This document shows positions 57,629-64,000 of a stretch of 64,000 bases of DNA, one piece after another. Location: the NCBI GenBank assembly GCA_035540755.1, contig DATLGD010000223.1, forward strand, positions 152-64,151. Direction: 5' to 3'. The first letter of the stretch is position 1; each line of letters begins with the position of its first letter. The notes under the pieces were generated by a model. It saw only the letters and a list, made by a program, of their open reading frames with translations. It was not told the origin of the DNA and made no database searches. Source of the stretch: Mycobacteriales bacterium (GTDB taxonomy: Bacteria > Actinomycetota > Actinomycetes > Mycobacteriales > SCTD01). The translations under genes were made by a program, and so were the position numbers.

Positions 57629-59089
57629 TCAGGTCCCGCAGAAGGTCCGGTAGGAGCTGTCCTCGGGGCCGGGTGCGGCGTAGCGCTCCAGGCCCGGGCG
57701 CTCGTCGAACGGGGCGGTGACCGCTGTGAGCAGCCGCTGGAGCGGGTCCAGGTCGCCGGCGGTGCCGGCGTCGAGGGCCTCCTCGACGAGGTGGTTGCGC
57801 GGGATGTAGACCGGGTTCACGCGGTCCATCGCCGCTCCGTCGGGCGCGAGGGCCTGCCAGCGCTGCAGCCAGGCGTCGACCGCCGCGAGGTCGAGCACGA
57901 GGCCGCGCGCCGGCTCGGTGTCGCCGCGGGCGGCCTGCCCCAGCGCCCGGAAGAACGAGGTCAGGTCGACGTGGTTGGCCTGCAGCAGGGCCAGCAGCTC
58001 CTCGACGAGCGGGCGGACGACGTCGTCGTCGTCGCCGTCGGTCAGCCCGAGCTTGCGGCGCATGCCGGCCGTCCAGGCGGCGCTGTACTGCGGCCGGTAG
58101 CCGCCGAGCGACTCGACGGCGAGGGCGATGGCCTGCTCCTCGTCGTCGTGCAGCAGCGGCAGCATCGCCTCCACCAGCCTGGCCAGGTTCCACTCGGCGA
58201 CGACCGGCTGGTTGCCGTAGGCGTACCGGCCGCCGGTGTCGATCGAGCTGAACACCCGGGCCGGGTCGAAGGCGTCGAGGAAGGCGCAGGGGCCGTAGTC
58301 GATGGTCTCGCCGGAGATCGTGGTGTTGTCGGTGTTCATGACCCCGTGGACGAAGCCGACGAGCATCCACTGCGCCACCAGAGACGCCTGCGCGGTGACG
58401 ACCGCCTCGAACAGGGCGCGGTAGGGCTGCTCGGCGTCGGCGGCCTCGGGATGGTGCCGGGCGATGGCGTGGTCGGCCAGCCGGCGCAGCAGCGCGACGT
58501 CGCCGGTCGCGCGGGCGTACTGGAAGGTGCCCACGCGCAGGTGGCTGCTCGCGACCCGGGCGAGCACCGCTCCGGGCAGCGGCGTCTCGCGCCGCACCGT
58601 GCGGCCGGTGCCGACGACGGCCAGGGCCCGGGTGGTCGGGATCCCGAGCGCGTGCATCGCCTCGGCGACGACGTGCTCGCGCAGCATCGGACCGACCGCG
58701 GCCAGGCCGTCGCCGCCACGGGCGAAGGGGGTGCGCCCGCTGCCCTTGAGGTGCAGGTCGCGCGGTCGACCGTCCTGGCAGGCGAACTCGCCGAGCAGCA
58801 GCGCCCGACCGTCACCGAGTCGCGGGTTGAAGCCGCCGAACTGGTGCCCGGCGTACGCCTGCGCCACCGGTGTGGCGCCGTCGAGCACCAGCGTCCCGAC
58901 CAGGAAGCGCAGCCCCTCGGAGGTGCGCAGCCAGTCGGGGTCCAGGCCGAGCTCGACGGCCAGCGGCTCGTTCAGCACCAGCAGCCGCGGATCCGGCGCG
59001 TCCTCGGCCTGCCAGCGCACCGCCAGCTCGGGCAGCTCGCGGGCGAAGCGGTCGTCGAGCAGCGTGCGGGGCACGGCGGGGACGTTCAT
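57629..59089 (-). CDS. selO: SelO/YdiU-family protein adenylyltransferase (AMPylase), Cys form
   Basis: In ORF 57629..59122. ATG 59089 preferred, GTG 59122 possible. [61 protein letters not shown]-terminus ...YRTFCGT. Confidence 0.9.
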   Translation of the reverse strand: MNVPAVPRTLLDDRFARELPELAVRWQAEDAPDPRLLVLNEPLAVELGLDPDWLRTSEGLRFLVGTLVLDGATPVAQAYAGHQFGGFNPRLGDGRALLLGEFACQDGRPRDLHLKGSGRTPFARGGDGLAAVGPMLREHVVAEAMHALGIPTTRALAVVGTGRTVRRETPLPGAVLARVASSHLRVGTFQYARATGDVALLRRLADHAIARHHPEAADAEQPYRALFEAVVTAQASLVAQWMLVGFVHGVMNTDNTTISGETIDYGPCAFLDAFDPARVFSSIDTGGRYAYGNQPVVAEWNLARLVEAMLPLLHDDEEQAIALAVESLGGYRPQYSAAWTAGMRRKLGLTDGDDDDVVRPLVEELLALLQANHVDLTSFFRALGQAARGDTEPARGLVLDLAAVDAWLQRWQALAPDGAAMDRVNPVYIPRNHLVEEALDAGTAGDLDPLQRLLTAVTAPFDERPGLERYAAPGPEDSSYRTFCGT

Positions 59090-59167
59090 CGTCCGACGGT
59101 ACGTGCCGGCCGGTTGTGGCACCCTGCACGTCGGTCACGGACGAGCGCTCGGTGCGGTCGTGGTCGA

Positions 59168-59260
59168 GGAGGCGTACGCGTGCCTGGTGGCCGTCCCGGT
59201 CTTCAAAACCGGTGTGGGCGAGGATCTCGTCCAGGTGGGTTCGATCCCCATCCGCCTCCG
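59168..59260 (+). tRNA. selC: tRNA-Sec (anticodon UCA)
   Basis: Hand fold: acceptor GGAGGCG/CGCCTCC (7 bp); 6-bp D-stem with one bulge and a UGGU loop; anticodon arm CCGGU-CUUCAAA-ACCGG; long variable arm GGGCGAG-GAU-CUCGUCC; T-arm GGUGGG-UUCGAUC-CCCAUC (6 bp); discriminator G. The acceptor plus T helix totals 13 bp. CCA is not encoded. Confidence 0.9.
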
Positions 59261-59349
59261 CCGACGAGTTGCCGTCCGGGCCGGTTCCGCCGCCCTCGGC
59301 GCGGGCAGACCGTCGCCGACGCGCACGACCGACGACGCGAGGAGACACC

Positions 59350-59514
59350 GTGGGGCTGCTGGGCGGGATGATCAAGGCCGGCGTGGCCAAGAAGGTCTAC
59401 GACGAGGCGCGCAAGCCGCACAACCAGGCGAAGATCAAGCAGATGCTGTCGAAGGCGACGGGCAAGGGGTCGGGCGGGACAGGCAGCAGCGGCCCGGGCG
59501 CCGGGCAGCCCTGA
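59350..59514 (+). CDS. small Lys-rich protein (54 aa), hypothetical
   Basis: GTG 59350 with GAGGAG 6 nt upstream. VGLLGGMIKAGVAKKVYDEARKPHNQAKIKQMLSKATGKGSGGTGSSGPGAGQP. A Lys-rich composition with high GC3 is unlikely for a shadow frame. Confidence 0.35.
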   Translation: MGLLGGMIKAGVAKKVYDEARKPHNQAKIKQMLSKATGKGSGGTGSSGPGAGQP

Positions 59515-59535
59515 GCGCACGGTCGGCCGGCAGTC

Positions 59536-59781
59536 TCACCGGGGGCCGGCCTGCCGGCGCAGCGACTCCTGTCCGGCGGCCACGGCTCCGCGCAGCCGGC
59601 TCAGGCGCTCCGCCCGGTCGCGGCGGGCGGCCGCGTCGTCCGGCGGGGGGAGCGCGGTCAGCCGCTCGGCGAGGGCATGGGCGTGCAGGACCACGACGGC
59701 GGTGCGCTGCACGCCGACCTCGACGTCGCCCGCCGCGTCTTCCAAGGGTGAGGACGGACGGCGGCGCTGCGATCGGTCCAT
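59536..59781 (-). CDS. hypothetical protein (81 aa)
   Basis: Last 81 codons of ORF 59536..62106 from ATG 59781, with GGAGG 5 nt upstream. No family recognised. Confidence 0.35.
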   Translation of the reverse strand: MDRSQRRRPSSPLEDAAGDVEVGVQRTAVVVLHAHALAERLTALPPPDDAAARRDRAERLSRLRGAVAAGQESLRRQAGPR

Positions 59782-59943
59782 GACACCTCCTGCCGGCCCA
59801 GGGTCAGGTGCGCCGATCAGCGCAGTGCACCACGCCCGGACGCCGGTCGAGGACACGAGCTGGTCACGACTGGGCGGTGCGGGATCGAGCTGGCGCTGCG
59901 CCGCCCGGCTGCTCCGCAGCCGGTCCGACGTAGGGTCCGAGAC

Positions 59944-61257
59944 GTGACAGCGGTCGAGCCGGACCGGCGACGCGCGGTGCCGCGCACCGACGCCGTGCTC
60001 GCCGACCCGCGCCTGGCGCGGGCCGCCGAGCGGCTCGGACGCGAGCGGGTGAAGCGAGCCGTCCGCGAGGCTCAGGACGCCGTCCGCACGGGCCGGCTGG
60101 CGCCCGACCAGGTGGCCGACGCCGCCGTCGCCGCTCTGCCGCCCCGCACCACGACGCTGCGGCCGGTGCTGAACGCCACCGGCGTGGTCGTGCACACCAA
60201 CCTCGGCCGGGCGCCGCTGTCGGCCGCGGCCGTCGAGGCGCTGCAGACCGCCGCCGGCAACGTCGACGTCGAGTACCACGTCGCCACCGGCCAGCGGGCG
60301 CGGCGCGGTCGGGGCGCGCTCGCCGCCCTGCACGCCGCCGTCCCCGACGCCGAGGCGGTGCACGTGGTCAACAACGGGGCGGCCGCCCTCGTGCTCGCGA
60401 CCACGGCGCTCGCCGCCGGCCGCGAGGTGGTGGTCAGCCGCGGCGAGATGGTCGAGATCGGCGACGGCTTCCGGCTCCCGGACCTCATCGCGTCCACCGG
60501 CGCCCGCCTGCGCGAGGTCGGCACCACCAACCGCACCACAGTGAGCGACTACGCCGACGCCGTGGGCCCGGACACCGGCTGCGTGCTCAAGGTGCACCCC
60601 AGCAACTTCCGGGTGGCCGGCTTCACCGGCGCTGTGGACGTCGCCGAGCTCGCCGGGCTCGACGTTCCCGTCGTCGTCGACATCGGCAGCGGCCTGCTCG
60701 CGCCGCACCCGCTGCTGCCCGACGAGCCGGACGCGCGGACGGCGCTGCGCGGCGGGGCCGAGGTCGTCACCGCGAGCGGCGACAAGCTGCTCGGCGGTCC
60801 GCAGGCCGGGCTGCTCCTCGGTCGCGCGGGCGTCGTCGAGCGGCTGCGCCGGCACCCGCTCGCGCGCGCCCTGCGGGTCGACAAGCTGACGCTGGCTGCG
60901 CTCGAGGCGACGATCGACGGACCGCCCACGCCGGTGCGCCTGGCGCTCGACGCCGACCCTGCCGGGCTGCGCGCGCGGGCGGACGCGCTCGCCGCCGACG
61001 TCGGGGGCGACGTCGTCCCGAGCGACGGCGCGGTCGGAGGCGGCGGGGCACCCGGCCTGCTCCTGCCCGGCTGGGCGGTGGCCCTCCCGGAGGACCGTGC
61101 TCCCGACGCCTGGGCGCTCGCGCTGCGCACCGGCGAGCCCTGCGTGGTCGGGCGGGTCGAGCGCGGCCGGTGCCTGCTCGACCTGCGCTGCATCGCCCCG
61201 GCCGACGACGCGTCGGTCGCGGCGGCCGTCACCGCCGCCGCCGGCGCGGCGGGGTAG
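59944..61257 (+). CDS. selA: L-seryl-tRNA(Sec) selenium transferase
   Basis: ORF 59944..61257 (GTG start). LRPVLNATGVVVHTNLGRAPL, VVNNGAAALVL, PLP-lysine region ASGDKLLGGPQAG. Confidence 0.9.
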   Translation: MTAVEPDRRRAVPRTDAVLADPRLARAAERLGRERVKRAVREAQDAVRTGRLAPDQVADAAVAALPPRTTTLRPVLNATGVVVHTNLGRAPLSAAAVEALQTAAGNVDVEYHVATGQRARRGRGALAALHAAVPDAEAVHVVNNGAAALVLATTALAAGREVVVSRGEMVEIGDGFRLPDLIASTGARLREVGTTNRTTVSDYADAVGPDTGCVLKVHPSNFRVAGFTGAVDVAELAGLDVPVVVDIGSGLLAPHPLLPDEPDARTALRGGAEVVTASGDKLLGGPQAGLLLGRAGVVERLRRHPLARALRVDKLTLAALEATIDGPPTPVRLALDADPAGLRARADALAADVGGDVVPSDGAVGGGGAPGLLLPGWAVALPEDRAPDAWALALRTGEPCVVGRVERGRCLLDLRCIAPADDASVAAAVTAAAGAAG

Positions 61258-61260
61258 CGC

Positions 61261-63048
61261 GTGCACGTCGTCGCGACCGCCGGGCACGTCGACCACGGCA
61301 AGTCCACGCTGGTGCGCGGGCTGACCGGCACCGAGCCGGACCGCTGGGCCGAGGAGCGGCGCCGCGGCATGACCATCGACCTCGGCTACGCCTGGACCGA
61401 GCTGCCGAGCGGTGAGCAGGTCGCGTTCGTCGACGTCCCCGGCCACGCCCGCTTCGTCGGCAACATGCTCGCCGGGCTCGGGCCCGCGCCGGCCGTGCTG
61501 TTCGTCGTCGCCGCCGACGAGGGCTGGCGCCGGCAGTCCGGCGAGCACCTCGCCGCCGTCGACGCGCTCGGCCTGTCGGCGGGTCTGCTGGCGGTGACCC
61601 GCAGCGACCTCGCCGACCCCGCCCCCGCGATCGAGGAGGCGAGGGAGCACCTGTCCCGCAGCAGCCTCGGCGACGTCGAGGCGGTCGCGGTGTCGGGTCA
61701 GACCGGCGCCGGACTGGACGTGCTGCGCGCCGCCCTCGACCGGCTGGTCGCCCGGCTCCCGGTGCCCGACACCGTCGGGCCGGTCCGGCTGTGGGTCGAC
61801 CGCGCCTTCACCGTGCGCGGTGCCGGCACGGTGGTCACCGGCACCCTGGGCGCCGGTGCGCTCGCCGTCGGCGACGAGCTCGAGCTGCGCGGGCGCCGGG
61901 TGCGGGTGCGCGGCCTGCAGTCGCTCGAGCAGCCCCGGGAGCGGATGGGTGCGGTGGCGCGCGTGGCGGTGGCGCTGCGCGGCGTCGAGCGCGCCGACGT
62001 CGGCCGCGGGGACGCCCTGCTCGCCCCGGGACGGTGGCGGGCCGCTTCGACGCTCGACGTGCGGCTCCGGCCCGCGGGCACCCTGCCCGAGCGGCTGGTG
62101 CTGCACGTCGGCACGGCGGCGGTGCCGGTGCGGCTGCGGCCGCTGCGCGACGACCTCGCGCGGCTGCAGCTCAGCACTGCGCTGCCGCTGCGGGCCGGCG
62201 ACCGCGCCCTGCTACGCGACCCGGCGGCGCAAGAGGTGGCCGCGGGCGTCACGGTCCTGGACGCCGACCCGCCGGACCTCCGTCGGCGCGGGTCGGCCCG
62301 CGAGCGCGCTGCCGTGCTCGCCGGGACGACCGGCCCGCCGGACGGGATCGCGGAGGTGGAGCGCCGAGGCGCGGTGCGCCGCGCCGACCTCGAGGCGCTG
62401 GGCGTGCCGGTCCCCGACGGCGGGCGCAGTGCCGGCGGCTGGCTGGTCAGCGAGCAGCGGTGGCAGGTCTGGCGGGCCGAGCTGCGCCGGGTCGTCGAGC
62501 AGCACGACGCCGTGGCGCCGCTGGACCGGGGGCTGCCGCACGACGCCGCACGGCGCGCCGCCGGCATCCCCGACCTCGCCGTGCTCGCTGCGGTGGCCGG
62601 GGACGCCGAGCTCGTCGACGAGGCGGGCCGGCTGCGCAGCACGCAGGAGCTCGGCCTGGGGTCGGCCGAGCCCGGGGTCCGGGCGCTGGAGGAGCGGCTG
62701 ACCGCCGGCCCCTTCGCCGCACCGGAGCGGCCGGACCTCGACGCGCTCGGCCTCGACGTCCGCGCGGTCGCCGCCGCCGCCGCCGCCGGCCGGCTGCTGC
62801 GGCTGCGCGCCTCCGACGGCGGCGACGTCGTGCTGCTGCCCGACGCGCCGGCGCGGGCGATGCGCGAGCTCGCCCGGCTGCCCCAGCCGTTCTCGCTCAG
62901 CGCCGCCCGCCAGGCCCTCGGCACGACGCGGCGGGTGGCCGTCCCGCTGCTCGAGCACCTCGACGCGCGCGGCTGGACCCGCCGGGTCGACAGCTCCGCG
63001 CGCGAGGTGGTGCGCGGCGGGAGTGCGGCGTCGGGCCCGCCCCGATAG
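61261..63048 (+). CDS. selB: selenocysteine-specific translation elongation factor
   Basis: ORF 61261..63048 (GTG start, 3 nt after selA). G domain [21 protein letters not shown]-terminal winged-helix extension. Confidence 0.9.
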   Translation: MHVVATAGHVDHGKSTLVRGLTGTEPDRWAEERRRGMTIDLGYAWTELPSGEQVAFVDVPGHARFVGNMLAGLGPAPAVLFVVAADEGWRRQSGEHLAAVDALGLSAGLLAVTRSDLADPAPAIEEAREHLSRSSLGDVEAVAVSGQTGAGLDVLRAALDRLVARLPVPDTVGPVRLWVDRAFTVRGAGTVVTGTLGAGALAVGDELELRGRRVRVRGLQSLEQPRERMGAVARVAVALRGVERADVGRGDALLAPGRWRAASTLDVRLRPAGTLPERLVLHVGTAAVPVRLRPLRDDLARLQLSTALPLRAGDRALLRDPAAQEVAAGVTVLDADPPDLRRRGSARERAAVLAGTTGPPDGIAEVERRGAVRRADLEALGVPVPDGGRSAGGWLVSEQRWQVWRAELRRVVEQHDAVAPLDRGLPHDAARRAAGIPDLAVLAAVAGDAELVDEAGRLRSTQELGLGSAEPGVRALEERLTAGPFAAPERPDLDALGLDVRAVAAAAAAGRLLRLRASDGGDVVLLPDAPARAMRELARLPQPFSLSAARQALGTTRRVAVPLLEHLDARGWTRRVDSSAREVVRGGSAASGPPR

Positions 63049-63080
63049 CGTGCGCGTCCCCGCACCCGAGGAGGACCGCC

Positions 63081-64000
63081 GTGCCCCAGTCCGTCCGTGG
63101 AGTCGTCGCCCGAGGCAAGGGCCAGCCGGTGACGGTGGAGACCGTCGTCGTGCCCGACCCGGGGCCGGGTGAGGCGGTGGTCGCGGTGCAGGCATGCGGG
63201 GTCTGCCACACCGACCTGCACTACCGCGAAGGCGGCATCAACGACGAGTTCCCGTTCCTGCTCGGGCACGAGGCGGCCGGGATCGTCGAGTCCGTCGGCG
63301 AGGGCGTCGCCGAGGTGGCGCCGGGCGACTTCGTCATCCTCAACTGGCGAGCGGTCTGCGGCCGGTGCCGCGCCTGCAGCCGCGGCGACCACCACCGCTG
63401 CTTCAACACCTTCAACGCCGTGCAGAAGATGACGCTCGAGGACGGCACCGAGCTCTCGCCTGCCCTCGGCATCGGCGCCTTCGCCGACAAGACGCTGGTC
63501 GCGGCCGGGCAGTGCACGAAGGTCGACCCGGCCGCCGACCCTGCCGCGGCCGGACTCATCGGCTGCGGCGTCATGGCCGGCTGGGGTGCTGCGGTCAACA
63601 CCGCGCCGGTCCGCAAGGGCCAGTCCGTCGCCGTCATCGGCTGCGGCGGCGTGGGCGACGCCGCGATCGCCGGCGCGCTGTTCGCCGGCGCACGGCAGGT
63701 CCTCGCCGTCGACATGGACGACCGCAAGCTGCAGTGGGCCCGGGAGTTCGGCGCCACCGACACGGTGAACGCGAAGACCGAGGACGTCGTCGCGCGGCTC
63801 AAGGAGCTGACCGGCGGCTTCGGGCCGGACGTCGTCATCGAGGCGGTCGGCCGGCCCGAGACCTACCGGCAGGCGTTCGAGGCCCGCGACCTCGCCGGCA
63901 CCGTCGTGCTGGTCGGCGTGCCGACGCCGGACATGACCGTCGAGCTCCCGCTGATCGAGGTGTTCGGCCGCGGCGGCGCGCTGAAGTCGTCCTGGTACGG
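63081..64000 (+). CDS. mscR: S-(hydroxymethyl)mycothiol dehydrogenase (class III ADH, MscR-like), 3' end beyond the window
   Basis: Not in the ORF track (open at the edge). GTG 63081 after [75 protein letters not shown] closely matches the mycobacterial enzyme as I recall it. Confidence 0.85.
   Translation, partial: MPQSVRGVVARGKGQPVTVETVVVPDPGPGEAVVAVQACGVCHTDLHYREGGINDEFPFLLGHEAAGIVESVGEGVAEVAPGDFVILNWRAVCGRCRACSRGDHHRCFNTFNAVQKMTLEDGTELSPALGIGAFADKTLVAAGQCTKVDPAADPAAAGLIGCGVMAGWGAAVNTAPVRKGQSVAVIGCGGVGDAAIAGALFAGARQVLAVDMDDRKLQWAREFGATDTVNAKTEDVVARLKELTGGFGPDVVIEAVGRPETYRQAFEARDLAGTVVLVGVPTPDMTVELPLIEVFGRGGALKSSWY

Noticed and set aside
59782-62106. Upstream 775 codons of the 856-aa minus-strand ORF 59536..62106
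   Set aside because: This part is antisense to selA and selB. Only the last 81 codons, which lie in the selC-selA gap and have their own GGAGG-ATG, were kept as a low-confidence CDS.

Overview
This window is a very GC-rich chromosomal segment that looks like an Actinomycetota core genome. Gene order over roughly the first 29 kb resembles, from memory, the Mycobacterium tuberculosis Rv1449c-Rv1473A region (tkt, ctaB, ctaA, ABC transporter, sufR-sufBDCSU-sufT, ABC-F ATPase, small HTH protein). I found no rRNA, CRISPR array, IS/transposase, integrase or prophage signal. I could support about 60 protein genes. They include: a heme A/O synthesis pair; a NarL-type two-component system; a complete SUF Fe-S assembly operon with a candidate SufR operator; a Fe(III)-type ABC importer; fatty-acid enzymes; a sepH-pspA-pspAA-htpX-pspAB envelope-stress block; a TldD/PmbA pair; a PH-domain (YdbS/YdbT-like) pair with an L,D-transpeptidase. 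The most interesting part is 48-64 kb, a self-contained selenocysteine and one-carbon (C1) island. It contains fdhD, a formate dehydrogenase alpha gene with an in-frame TGA (Sec) that the ORF track splits in two, fdhB, an NrfD-like subunit, an oxalate/formate-family MFS transporter with a 40-aa partner, selD, a SelO homologue, tRNA-Sec, selA, selB and a mycothiol-dependent formaldehyde dehydrogenase. Most of the very long ORFs in the track are shadow frames typical of high-GC DNA and were rejected. All functional calls rest on motif recognition by eye, with no database search. Start codons were chosen by hand (frame arithmetic plus Shine-Dalgarno inspection) and are less certain than stop codons. 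I did not find a clearly novel multi-gene system. The best leads are the SelO/selD linkage, the unusual formate dehydrogenase architecture and a 38-bp perfect palindrome.
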